Shown here one piece after another: positions 46,021 to 55,265 of a DNA stretch of 56,644 nt (positions are counted from its first letter, which is position 1; the number at the start of each line of letters is the position of its first letter). The notes below the pieces were generated by a model. The model was not told the origin of the DNA and ran no database searches. It worked only from the letters and a program-made list of their open reading frames with translations. The translations under genes and the position numbers were made by a program. Source of the stretch: Microbacteriaceae bacterium (lineage in GTDB: Bacteria; Actinomycetota; Actinomycetes; Actinomycetales; Microbacteriaceae); assembly GCA_043779945.1 (NCBI GenBank), contig JAYWDH010000185.1, positions 1 through 56,644 on the forward strand, in the 5' to 3' direction.

Positions 46021-47264
46021 GCGCGGTCTCGACGAGCTCGACCGGCGTGAGCTCGATCAGCGAGCGGTACATCGAGCAGGTCGAAGAGTTCGGCGCTCAC
46101 AACTACCACCCGCTGGAGGTCGTGGTCGCGACCGGCTTTGGCGCCTGGGTGACAGACGTCGACGGCAAACGCTACCTGGACTGCCTGGCCGCGTATTCCG
46201 CCGTCAACTTCGGCCACAGTCATCCGGTGCTGGTGGATGCCGCGAAAGCCCAGCTGGACCGCATCACCCTGACGAGCCGCGCCTTCCACAACGACGCGCT
46301 CGGCCCGTTCCTCGAGGGCCTCGCGAAGCTCGCTGGCAAGGACATGGTGCTGCCGATGAATACGGGTGCCGAGGCCGTCGAGTCCGCGATCAAGGTCGCT
46401 CGTGCCTGGGGCTACCGCGTGAAGGGTGTCGAGCACGACCGCGCGAAGATCATCGTTGCCGACGGCAACTTCCATGGGCGAACTACCACGATCATCAGTT
46501 TTAGCAACGACCCGGATGCTCGGGCCGACTTCGGTCCGTACACGCCGGGCTTCGTCTCCGTGCCATACGGTGACGCGGCCGCTCTCGAGGCGGCACTGGA
46601 CGATGATGTGGTCGCGGTGCTCCTCGAACCGATCCAGGGCGAGGCGGGGATCATCGTGCCGCCGGCGTCGTACTTGCCGGAGGTGCGTCGGCTCACGCGC
46701 GAGCGCAATGTGCTCTTTATCGCGGACGAGATCCAGTCGGGCCTCGGGCGCACCGGCGCGACGTTCCAGTGCGACAACGCGGGCGTCATCCCGGATCTCT
46801 ACCTGCTTGGCAAGGCCCTCGGCGGCGGCATCGTGCCGGTGAGCGCCGTCGTCGGCGACGCCTCGGTGCTCGGGGTACTGAAAGCGGGACAGCACGGCTC
46901 GACCTTCGGCGGCAACCCGCTGGCGGCGGCCGTCGGGCTCGCTGTCGTTGGCCTGCTCGAGACCGGCGAATACCAGCGCCGCGCCGCATCGTTGGGCGCG
47001 CACCTGCTGGCGGCGCTGGAGGCGCTGATCGGTCACGGGGTGGTCTCGGTCCGCGGTGTCGGACTCTGGGCCGGCATCGACATCGACCCGGCGCTTGCGA
47101 GTGGCCGGGCCGTCTGCGAGGCGCTCACCGCACGCGGCGTGCTCGCCAAGGACACGCATGGCTCGACCATCCGCCTCGCTCCGCCCATCGTGGTGGAGGA
47201 GTCGGAGCTCGACTGGGCGGTTGAGCAACTTGCCGCCGTGCTCGCCGATTTCGGGGCGGCGTAG
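46017..47264 (+). CDS. rocD: Ornithine--oxo-acid aminotransferase
   Basis: AHNYHPL, AYSAVNFGH, LTSRAF, PMNTGAEAVE, FHGRT, EPIQGEAG, DEIQSGLGR, LGKAL.GG, HGSTFGGNP. Confidence 0.94.
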   Translation: MSAVSTSSTGVSSISERYIEQVEEFGAHNYHPLEVVVATGFGAWVTDVDGKRYLDCLAAYSAVNFGHSHPVLVDAAKAQLDRITLTSRAFHNDALGPFLEGLAKLAGKDMVLPMNTGAEAVESAIKVARAWGYRVKGVEHDRAKIIVADGNFHGRTTTIISFSNDPDARADFGPYTPGFVSVPYGDAAALEAALDDDVVAVLLEPIQGEAGIIVPPASYLPEVRRLTRERNVLFIADEIQSGLGRTGATFQCDNAGVIPDLYLLGKALGGGIVPVSAVVGDASVLGVLKAGQHGSTFGGNPLAAAVGLAVVGLLETGEYQRRAASLGAHLLAALEALIGHGVVSVRGVGLWAGIDIDPALASGRAVCEALTARGVLAKDTHGSTIRLAPPIVVEESELDWAVEQLAAVLADFGAA

Positions 47265-47293
47265 TTCGAGCGGCATAGTTCTGTTCGTTTCGT

Positions 47294-47326
47294 TCCGGTT
47301 GTGTAGGACGGTCCTACACAACCGGA
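47294..47326. repeat. 33-bp palindrome (16-bp perfect arms, 1-nt centre) downstream of rocD
   Basis: tccggttgtgtaggac-g-gtcctacacaaccgga. Confidence 0.8.
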
Positions 47327-47384
47327 GTGTGCCAGGCAGGGGCATCTCACCGGCGCAGTCTCCCTCGACACTCGGCGCCCGCGC

Positions 47385-47711
47385 TGGCGCCTGCCGGACT
47401 CCCTCACCGAAGCGATTCACACCGAGCGGCTGACGCTTCGCCTCATGACGGCGGCGAATGTCGATGACGTGCACTCCTCTCAGAGCCGCGAGGAGGTCGC
47501 CAAGTCAGTCCGGAAGTACGTGACGGCCACCGAACTCGCGGACGGGCGCGTCATCAGTCACGTCTACCTCACCATGGCGAGTGTCGAAAACCTGGGTGCC
47601 GAGATCGGCTGGACGCTGCATCCCGACGTCTTCGACAGGGGCCATCCGAGCGAGGCGGCCCCCGGTACTCGAGCGGACGCACGGCTCAGGCCGCATAGGC
47701 TCGGCCCATGA
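47385..47711 (+). pseudogene. Degraded RimJ/RimL-type GNAT acetyltransferase
   Basis: In-frame 'IHTERLTLR' lies upstream of the first ATG, followed by 'GRVI', 'AEIGWTLHP', and a decayed acetyl-CoA motif 'DRGHPSEAA'. No proper start, and the C-terminal half is missing. Confidence 0.6.
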
Positions 47712-48937
47712 GCAACCTGTCGGCGACCGAACTCGACGCGGCCGACCCGCTGGCGAGTTACCGCGACCGGTTTCTGCCCGCGCCAGGCGTCGCCGCGTAC
47801 CTGGATGGCAACTCGCTCGGGAGACCGCTCGCGGCATCCGTCGATCGGGTGAACGCGGTGATGCGAGAGCAGTGGGGTGAGCGGCTCATCCGCGGCTGGG
47901 ACGAGGGCTGGCTCGAGCTGCCGGTGCGGATCGGCGACGAGCTCGGGCGCGTGGCGTTGGGCGCGGCATCCGGTCAGACGGTGATCGGCGACTCGACCAC
48001 CGTGCTGCTCTACAAGGTGATCCGCGCCGCAATCGAGCTGGCGCAGGTCACGGATGGCCCTGGCCGCAACGAGATCGTCATCGACCGCGACGACTTCCCG
48101 ACCGATCGCTACCTCGTCGAGTCGATCGCGGCGGAACGCGGGCTTAACGTGCGCTGGATCGACGAAGGGGATGTGACGCCCGATCGCCTCGCCGAGGTGC
48201 TGAGCGAGCGCACCGCCATCGTGGTGCTCAGCGCGATCGCCTACCGCTCCGGATTCCTGGCCGAACTCCCCGCGATCACCGAGCTCGTGCACGACGTCGG
48301 TGCCCTCATCCTGTGGGATCTCTGCCACTCGGTCGGCGTGGTCGAGCACGAGCTCGACGAGCTGGGCGTCGACTTCGCGGTCGGCTGTTCGTACAAGTAC
48401 CTCAACGGCGGCCCGGGAGCGCCCGCCTTCGCCTACGTGAACGCGGCCCACCTGGAAGCCTTCCGCCAGCCGATCGCCGGCTGGCTCGGCTCGGCCCGCC
48501 CCTTCGAGATGCCGCAGGGTTACCAGCCCGGCGCCGGGATGCGGCGGGTCCTCAGCGGCACGCCGCCTCTCCTCGGCATGGTCGGCCTCCAGGACACGCT
48601 CGCGCTCATCGACGAAGCCGGCCTGTCGGGTATCCGAGCCAAGTCGATCGCCCTCACGGAGTTCGCGATCGCCCTCACCGCCGAGCTGCTTCCGGATGCC
48701 GTGCTCGCGACGCCCCGGGACCCCGCGCGCCGCGGATCCCACATCACCCTCGACCACCCGGCCTTCGAGGCGCTCATGCCGCGTCTCTGGAAGCGCGGTG
48801 TGATCCCCGACTTCCGGCGGCCAACCGGAATCCGGCTCGGGCTCTCGCCGCTCAGCACCTCCTTCGCCGAGGTCGAGCTCGGGGTGCGCGCGATCGCCGA
48901 GGAACTGGCAGCCGAGATGGCCGATCGGGGGCTGTGA
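47708..48937 (+). CDS. kynU: Kynureninase
   Basis: D..DPL..YR..F, YLDGNSLG, DSTTV.LYK, FPTDRY, WDLCHS.G, GCSYKYLNGGPG, RGSH, PDFR. Confidence 0.92.
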   Translation: MSNLSATELDAADPLASYRDRFLPAPGVAAYLDGNSLGRPLAASVDRVNAVMREQWGERLIRGWDEGWLELPVRIGDELGRVALGAASGQTVIGDSTTVLLYKVIRAAIELAQVTDGPGRNEIVIDRDDFPTDRYLVESIAAERGLNVRWIDEGDVTPDRLAEVLSERTAIVVLSAIAYRSGFLAELPAITELVHDVGALILWDLCHSVGVVEHELDELGVDFAVGCSYKYLNGGPGAPAFAYVNAAHLEAFRQPIAGWLGSARPFEMPQGYQPGAGMRRVLSGTPPLLGMVGLQDTLALIDEAGLSGIRAKSIALTEFAIALTAELLPDAVLATPRDPARRGSHITLDHPAFEALMPRLWKRGVIPDFRRPTGIRLGLSPLSTSFAEVELGVRAIAEELAAEMADRGL

Positions 48938-49068
48938 CCCAGTGTTGGGTGTGCACTCATCAGTCGCTCTGGGTGCAAGATCTCCGGCAGTTCGGAAGGG
49001 CACTGGGGACAGGATGCGGCGGCGCCCGCTCCTCAGCGCCGCCGCAACCGCGCGGCTAGCCTGAGGTG

Positions 49069-50205
49069 GTGTCCGTTCTGACCCCCGAGCTACTCGCCCG
49101 CATCCGCTCCCGCGCGGCCCGCTACGACCGCGACAACTCCTTCTTCACCGAGGACCTCGACGAGCTGCGCGCCGCCGGCTACCTCGCCCCGCGCAGCATG
49201 CTCGAGGCGACACGCGACCAGCGGTTGCTTGCGGCGTACGCCCCGGCCACCGCACTGGGAATCAACATGCACCTGATCTGGATGGGCGTCGCGCGGGTAC
49301 TCCACGATCGCGGCGACGCGCGGCTTGACTGGGTGCTCGAGGATGCCGCGCAGGGTGAGCTGTTCGCGTTCGCCATCAGCGAGGGCGGCAATGACCTCGT
49401 GCTTTGGGACTCGCTGACAAAAGTCGAACGCGTCGACGGCGGTTTTGCCTTCACCGGAACCAAGGTGTTTACCTCGCTCTCGCCCGCCTGGACCCGACTC
49501 GGCATCTTCGGTAAGCAGACGTCCGGCGAGGGCACCGAGAACGGCCAGCGCTTGGTGCACGGTTTCCTCCGCCGCGAGACGCCAGTAACCCCCATTGCAG
49601 GTGTCAGCATCCTCAGCGACTGGGACACGCTCGGCATGCGTGCTACCCAGAGCAACACCACGATGCTCAATCACGCCGTCGTGGCCGACGCCGACGTCGC
49701 GCGATTCCTCCCCGTCGGGCCGAACGCCGACCCCTTCGTCTTCGCGATCTTCGCCAACTTTCTCCTGCTGATGGGCTCCGTCTACGCCGGCATCGCCGAC
49801 CGCGCTCTCGAGTTGGCGGTCGAAGCGGCGCACAAGCGCAGCAGCCTCAAGAACGCCGGGGCGTCGTATGCGCAAGATCCAGACATCCGGTGGCGGGTCG
49901 CGGATGCCGCCCTCGCGCTCGACGCGCTCCGTCCCGAACTCGAGGGGCTGGCCGCCGACGTCGATACCCTCGTCGATCACGGCAGCAACTGGTTCCGCTA
50001 CCTGACGGGTGCGAAGCACCGTTCGACCGAGGCCGCGCGTTACGTTGTCGATCAGGCGCTCCGCACGGCGGGCGGGAGCGGATATCGTGCGAGCGGTGAG
50101 CTGGCCCGGCTGCAGCGCGACGTGCTCGCCGGGATCTACCACCCCTCCGACACCGAGTCGATCCACTCGACCGTAGCGGGAAGCCTCCTAGGCCCGATCG
50201 CCTAG
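49069..50205 (+). CDS. Acyl-CoA dehydrogenase-fold flavoprotein (YdbM/DszC/SfnB-like)
   Basis: RA..YD....F..ED...L..AGY, AL..NMH, G.K.FTSL, WD.LGMRAT.S, L.R..RD..AG..HP. Confidence 0.8.
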   Translation: MSVLTPELLARIRSRAARYDRDNSFFTEDLDELRAAGYLAPRSMLEATRDQRLLAAYAPATALGINMHLIWMGVARVLHDRGDARLDWVLEDAAQGELFAFAISEGGNDLVLWDSLTKVERVDGGFAFTGTKVFTSLSPAWTRLGIFGKQTSGEGTENGQRLVHGFLRRETPVTPIAGVSILSDWDTLGMRATQSNTTMLNHAVVADADVARFLPVGPNADPFVFAIFANFLLLMGSVYAGIADRALELAVEAAHKRSSLKNAGASYAQDPDIRWRVADAALALDALRPELEGLAADVDTLVDHGSNWFRYLTGAKHRSTEAARYVVDQALRTAGGSGYRASGELARLQRDVLAGIYHPSDTESIHSTVAGSLLGPIA

Positions 50206-50630
50206 TGGCGGCGCAGCTTGAAGATCGGCATCCGTCGACCCTCGGTGGTCTTCTCGTATTCGAGGAAGCCCGGCGAGGCGGTCGTGATGTGCGTCCAGGC
50301 GGTTGCGTAGTCGGCGTCATCCTCAATCTCGACCGCAGTGACCTCTGCAGTCTCGATGCCGTCACCTTCCGCCGCAGCCTCGACCTCGAACTCGGGGTGC
50401 GTGACCAGGTTGTGGTACCAGGCGGGGTTCTTCGGCGACCCGGCCGCCGAGGCGATGACCAACCATCCGGTCTCGTTACGGAATCCGGCGACCGGGGTCA
50501 ACCGCTCCTCGCCAGACTTGGCGCCGCGGGTGTGCATCAGCACGAGCCCGCGTCCGAATCGCCCGGCGGTGCCGTTTCCCTCGCGGAACTCCGCAATCAT
50601 CTTGTCGTTCCAGTCGTTCATGTCGCTCAT
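50202..50630 (-). CDS. Deazaflavin-dependent nitroreductase (DDN) / quinone reductase family
   Basis: N...I.EFR...G, L.T.GAKSG..R.TP, AS.AG....P.WYHNL..HP, Y...T..R..P.F.L. Confidence 0.85.
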   Translation of the reverse strand: MSDMNDWNDKMIAEFREGNGTAGRFGRGLVLMHTRGAKSGEERLTPVAGFRNETGWLVIASAAGSPKNPAWYHNLVTHPEFEVEAAAEGDGIETAEVTAVEIEDDADYATAWTHITTASPGFLEYEKTTEGRRMPIFKLRRH

Positions 50631-51271
50631 GCGATCCATCCCTCCTCGCGCAGCCAGGCCGCGCACAGTGCTGTCCAGTGTTCGGCTTCTCGGTGCCCGA
50701 GGGCCAGTGCCAGGCCGTGCTCTCCTCGGGAGAACACGTGCAGCGCATGCGGGATTCCTGCCGCCGCAAGAGCGGATCCGAGCAGGTAGCTGTGTTCGAC
50801 CGGAACGAGCTCGTCCTCGGCGGTGTGCCAGACGAAAAAGGGCGGGGCGGATGCCGTGACCAGCCGGTCGAGCGACGTGGCCGCGCGCACTTCGTGGCTC
50901 GCCTCCGCGCCGAGCAGGTTGAAGCGGGATCCCGCGTGAGTCTCCAGCTCCATCGAGACGACGGGATAGCAGAGGATCGCGATATCGACCCGTTCCTCGG
51001 GGTCGGCATCCGGAGCCAGAGCGGCGTGACCGGCCGCGTGCCCGCCAGCCGAGAAGCCGAGCAACCCGATCCGCCTCGCACCGGAGGCGCGCACTCGGGC
51101 CACCTCGGCCCGGATCGCCTTGAGCGGGCCGGGATGCGCCGTCAGCACCGGATAGCGGAAGACGCTCGCCGCGATCCCGAGCCCCTGCAGCCACTCGGCA
51201 ACGGGCGCCGCCTCGTCGGGGGCGTGCATCTCGTAGCCACCACCGGGAAGCACGATGATGTGATCGGTCAT
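50627..51271 (-). CDS. Alpha/beta hydrolase (acetylesterase / BD-FAE-like)
   Basis: PGGGY oxyanion loop, nucleophile GFSAGG, YPV, PP.F.WHT..D..VP, G.HG. Confidence 0.85.
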   Translation of the reverse strand: MTDHIIVLPGGGYEMHAPDEAAPVAEWLQGLGIAASVFRYPVLTAHPGPLKAIRAEVARVRASGARRIGLLGFSAGGHAAGHAALAPDADPEERVDIAILCYPVVSMELETHAGSRFNLLGAEASHEVRAATSLDRLVTASAPPFFVWHTAEDELVPVEHSYLLGSALAAAGIPHALHVFSRGEHGLALALGHREAEHWTALCAAWLREEGWIA

Positions 51272-51310
51272 GACCCCATTCTGGTGGCTTGATGTCCCTA
51301 GGCTGGACGC

Positions 51311-51925
51311 ATGTCGAACACCATCGTCTTCATCGGCGACAGCCTCACGGATGCGGGCCGGCGCGAGGATGCGGACCGTCACCTCGGTCACGGCTACGTC
51401 CGTCTGGTCAGCAAGGAGCTCGCCGAGCGTGGCGACGCTCGCGCGATCATCAACACCGGGATCAGCGGCGATCGTGCGGTCGACCTCCGTGCCCGCTGGG
51501 AGCCGGACGCTCTCGCGCACGAGCCCGATTTGCTTTCGATCTACGTCGGGATCAACGACACCTGGCGGCGTTTCGACAGCGGCGATCCGACCAGCGCCGA
51601 GTCCTTCGCGGTGACGTACCGAGCGCTGCTCGATGCGGCGCAGGAGCGGTGCGCGCCTCGCCTCATCCTGATAGAGCCCTTCGTCGTGCCGGTCACGGGC
51701 GAGCAGAAGCGCTGGGGCGCCGAGGACCTGGATGCCAAGCAAGCGATCGTCGCGCAGTTGGCCGCCGACTATGGCGCGGCGTTCGTTCCGTTGCAGTCGA
51801 TCCTCAGCGAGGCGGCCGCGCAGAACGGTGGCACCGCGGCCATCGCCGCCGACGGCGTGCACCCGACACCGCTCGGCAGCGCGCTGATCGCAGGCGCCTG
51901 GCTCGCTGCCGAGGCGCAGCTCTAG
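51311..51925 (+). CDS. SGNH/GDSL hydrolase
   Basis: Blocks FIGDSLT, N.GISG, G.ND, DGVHP. Confidence 0.9.
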   Translation: MSNTIVFIGDSLTDAGRREDADRHLGHGYVRLVSKELAERGDARAIINTGISGDRAVDLRARWEPDALAHEPDLLSIYVGINDTWRRFDSGDPTSAESFAVTYRALLDAAQERCAPRLILIEPFVVPVTGEQKRWGAEDLDAKQAIVAQLAADYGAAFVPLQSILSEAAAQNGGTAAIAADGVHPTPLGSALIAGAWLAAEAQL

Positions 51926-52001
51926 CTCTAGCTCTAGCTACAAGCGTCGAGCGAAGGTGTGCTCGCGGCGAGGACCACCACAGCCCCGCCGCGAGACGTT
52001 T

Positions 52002-53312
52002 TTAGGAACTCTTCCCCACCGGACTGGCCGCCGGACGCTTCGCAGCGACTCGCGGCTTCTGAGCCGCATCGGCTGCCCGCCTGGCACGCGGGATGAGGCG
52101 CTCGAGCTGCGTGACGTGGCCAGGAGTGAGCTCGTCGAGGGATGCGACCCCGAGCAACTTCATGGTGCGCACGATCTCGTCCCGGAGGATCGCGATGGTG
52201 CGGTCGACGCCGGCCCGTCCGCCGGCCATGAGTCCGTAGAGGTATGCCCTGCCGATCATCGTGAAGTCGGCGCCGAGCGCGATGGATGCCACGATATCCG
52301 CGCCCGACATGATGCCGGTGTCCACGCCGATTTCGAGATCGCCACCGACCTCCCGGACCACCTCCGGTAGCAGGTGGAACGGAATCGGCGCTCGGTCGAG
52401 CTGCCGGCCGCCGTGGTTGGAGAGCACGATCCCATCGACGCCGAGGGAGGCGAGCTTGGCGGCATCCTGCACGTTCTGCACGCCCTTGATCACGATCTTG
52501 CCGGGCCAGATGCCTCGGATGATGTCGAGGTCGGCAAAGGAGATCGTTGGGTCCATCGCGGCGTCGAGAAGTTCACCAACGGTGCCGCCGGTCGTCGACA
52601 GCGACGCGAACTCCAGCCCCGGCGTCGTCAGGAAGTCGAACCACCACCATGGACGCGGGATCGCGTTGACGATCGTTCCCAGGGTGAGCTGCGGTGGGAT
52701 CGAGAAGCCGTTGCGCTTGTCGCGCAGTCTGGCGCCAGCCACCGGCGTATCGACGGTGAAGTGAAGGGTGTCGAAGCCCGCTGCCGCGGCCCGCCGGGTG
52801 AGTTCGTAGGAGATGTCGCGATCACGCATGACGTAGAGCTGGAACCAGTTGCGGCCGTTCGGGTTGGCCCGCTTGACGTCCTCGATGGAGGTTGTGCCGA
52901 GGGTGGAAAGGGTAAACGGGATACCCGCAGCGGCCGCGGCTCCGGCACCGGCGGTCTCGCCCTCGGTCTGCATCAGACGCGTGAAGCCGGTCGGCGCGAT
53001 GGCGAACGGCAACGCCATCGGCCCGCCCAAGACGGTCGACGAGGTGTCGACGTCGGCCATACCGCGCAGGATCGAAGGGCTGAACTCGATGTCCTCGAAA
53101 GCCTGGCGGGCGCGGGCGAGCGAGATCTCCTGCTCGGCGGCGCCGTCGGTGTAGTCGAACGCCGCCTTCGGGGTTCGACGCTTTGCGATGGTCCGCAGAT
53201 CGGCGATTGTCAGAGCGGACTGCAGCCTCCGCTCCTTCGCGTTGAAGTTCGGCTTCTTGAACTGCATCAACTCCAGCAGTTCGCGTGGGTTCGGCATCTG
53301 ACGCTGCACCAT
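52002..53312 (-). CDS. lldD: FMN-dependent alpha-hydroxy acid dehydrogenase (L-lactate dehydrogenase)
   Basis: [38 protein letters not shown]...[10 protein letters not shown]. Confidence 0.85.
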   Translation of the reverse strand: MVQRQMPNPRELLELMQFKKPNFNAKERRLQSALTIADLRTIAKRRTPKAAFDYTDGAAEQEISLARARQAFEDIEFSPSILRGMADVDTSSTVLGGPMALPFAIAPTGFTRLMQTEGETAGAGAAAAAGIPFTLSTLGTTSIEDVKRANPNGRNWFQLYVMRDRDISYELTRRAAAAGFDTLHFTVDTPVAGARLRDKRNGFSIPPQLTLGTIVNAIPRPWWWFDFLTTPGLEFASLSTTGGTVGELLDAAMDPTISFADLDIIRGIWPGKIVIKGVQNVQDAAKLASLGVDGIVLSNHGGRQLDRAPIPFHLLPEVVREVGGDLEIGVDTGIMSGADIVASIALGADFTMIGRAYLYGLMAGGRAGVDRTIAILRDEIVRTMKLLGVASLDELTPGHVTQLERLIPRARRAADAAQKPRVAAKRPAASPVGKSS

Positions 53313-53343
53313 GTTCGTCGGTCTCTTTCGGTGGGTGTCGCTG

Positions 53344-53997
53344 TTAATCGTGGCTGGAATCGAAATGAGCGAGTAGACGCTCGCGGGTCCCCGCGATGTG
53401 CTCGCGGGTGAGTCGTTCGGCGGCGGCGGCGTCTCCGGCGGTGACCGCGTCAAGGATCCCCTGGTGCTGGCTCGCCACTCCGCGTGCCGTCAGCAGGTGG
53501 TGGGCCTGCACCTGCCCGATGCACAGCTCGATCTCACCCATGAGAAGGGCATGCATCCGCGCGAGTCGCGGACTGGGCTGGCCAGCCACGAGTTCGCGAT
53601 GAAAGGCGATGTCCTCCTGGGCGAAGGAGGCATCGGAGCGGGCGCGCTTGAGCAGCTCGCGATGTGCCGCCAGGGCGCCAGCTGGGATGGTGCCCTGCTG
53701 CACTAACGCGGCGATCGCGGCGACCTCGACGGTCGCTCGGTTGGCGAAGAGGTCGATGATGTCCTCGCGACCCAACTCGGGAACACGCGCCGCGTGATGC
53801 GCGCGGCGCAAAAGCAGCCCCTCGCTCACGAGGCGCTCGAGTGCGGCCTTCGCGGTCGGACGCGCGACCCCGTACTCGAGCGCAATCGCCGTCTCGGTGA
53901 CTAGAGTCCCCGGTTCAATCTGCGCACTGAGGATCCGCCCACGGAGGGCTTCATAGACCGCCTCGGGGAGCGACCTCGTCCAGAGCTGCGTCGTCAC
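53344..53997 (-). CDS. GntR/FadR-family regulator (FCD domain), probable LldR-like
   Basis: HTH Y..LR..I, PG....E..IA..YGV.R.T...AL..L..EGL. FCD motifs D..FH, H..I..A, H. GTG 53997 follows AGGA; ATG 54009 is an alternative start. Confidence 0.85.
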   Translation of the reverse strand: MTTQLWTRSLPEAVYEALRGRILSAQIEPGTLVTETAIALEYGVARPTAKAALERLVSEGLLLRRAHHAARVPELGREDIIDLFANRATVEVAAIAALVQQGTIPAGALAAHRELLKRARSDASFAQEDIAFHRELVAGQPSPRLARMHALLMGEIELCIGQVQAHHLLTARGVASQHQGILDAVTAGDAAAAERLTREHIAGTRERLLAHFDSSHD

Positions 53998-54018
53998 ACC
54001 GATCCTCATCCAGCCAAA

Positions 54019-54034
54019 GTGTCTTACAAGTATA
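54019..54034 (-). promoter_or_regulatory. -10 box (TATACT) abutting a FadR-type operator (TTGTAAGACAC)
   Basis: Minus strand GTATACTTGTAAGACAC, which resembles TNGT-N3-ACNA. Confidence 0.5.
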
Positions 54035-54317
54035 CGCCGCAGGATCTAGCCGGCAAGCCCCGGCGATCGTATGTGGTCTACGACCACCGGCGAATCAACG
54101 GCGATATCTGACGGACGGTGAACCTCGGATTCGTCGGCGGACTGACCGGGAGTGCGACGGGCCAGCGGCGTGCGCATGCCGCTCGGCGCGCTCGGCGCCA
54201 CAGCGGTGACTCGAGTGGCAGACGGAGCGAGCGACGTCACCCACACCGTCATCAACGAGCCGAGCCCGCAGCTCGTGCTCCGGCAGTCGACCGCGGCACC
54301 GCGCGGCTGATCCAGGT

Positions 54318-55244
54318 CTACGGCAGCGCGTATCCGGCGGCCGTGAACAGCGAGTACCACTCCTCGCGCGTCAGCGGGATGCCTGCCCCCGCAGCGGAGT
54401 CACGCACGCGTTCGGGCTTGGTGGTTCCGAGCACGACCTGCATTTTGGCGGGATGCCGTGTGATCCACGTGACGGCGATGCCGGTCGGGGTCACGCCGTA
54501 CTTGTCGGCTAAGGCGCGCAGCACTGCGTTGAGCTCGGGGTACTCCGGGTCGTCCAGGAAGGTGCCATCGAAGAATCCTTTCTGGAACGGCGACCAGGCC
54601 TGCAATGTCATACCGTGCAGGCGGGCGTAGTCCAGGATTCCGTTGTCGCGATCGATCGACTGGTCGAGCCCCTGCATGTTGGCCGAGATGCCCGCGGCGA
54701 TCAGCGGCGCGTGGGTGACACTCAGCTGCACCTGGTTGAACAGCAGCGGCTGCGTCACGGTGGCACGCAGCAACTCGACCTGCCCGGGTGTCTGATTCGA
54801 GACACCGAAGTGGCGCACCTTGCCGGCCTTCTCGAGCTCGTCGAACGCGGCGGCGATTTCGTCCGGCTCCATCAGGGTGTCGGGACGGTGCAGCAGCAGC
54901 ACATCGAGCCGGTCGGTCCTGAGAGCGGCGAGCGACAGCTCGACCTCCTCGAGGATGTGCTCACGTGAGAAGTCCCAGAAGCCTTCGCGGATGCCGACCT
55001 TGCTCTGGATGACGATCGCATCCCGCTCGCTCGGCGTCAGCGTGATCGCTTCACCCCAGCGGTTCTCGCAGCCGTGACGGCTTGAGCCGTAGACGTTGGC
55101 GTGGTCAAAGACGTTGATTCCGCTGTCGATGGCCGCACCGACGAGCGACTGCACGTGTGCGTCGTCCAACTCTTGAATGCGCATCAGCCCGAGCACGACG
55201 CTCGAGAGCGGGAAGGGGAAGGCGGGGATATCGAGGTTCTTCAT
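54318..55244 (-). CDS. Aldo/keto reductase (YdhF/YcsN-like)
   Basis: G.MRI, FDHA..YG, QSK.GI, L.TD.LD.LLLHRPD.L, GKVR.FGVSN, QAWSP. Confidence 0.88.
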   Translation of the reverse strand: MKNLDIPAFPFPLSSVVLGLMRIQELDDAHVQSLVGAAIDSGINVFDHANVYGSSRHGCENRWGEAITLTPSERDAIVIQSKVGIREGFWDFSREHILEEVELSLAALRTDRLDVLLLHRPDTLMEPDEIAAAFDELEKAGKVRHFGVSNQTPGQVELLRATVTQPLLFNQVQLSVTHAPLIAAGISANMQGLDQSIDRDNGILDYARLHGMTLQAWSPFQKGFFDGTFLDDPEYPELNAVLRALADKYGVTPTGIAVTWITRHPAKMQVVLGTTKPERVRDSAAGAGIPLTREEWYSLFTAAGYALP

Positions 55245-55265
55245 GGGTTCCAGCTTCTCGGTGTT

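Noticed and set aside
51919-51940. (TCTAGC)x3 microsatellite at the SGNH stop codon
   Set aside because: A short slippage duplication of the stop region, with no coding or regulatory consequence apparent.
54046-54317. Possible small ORF or sRNA between the AKR and GntR genes
   Set aside because: No recognisable motif, RBS or stable structure that I could support.
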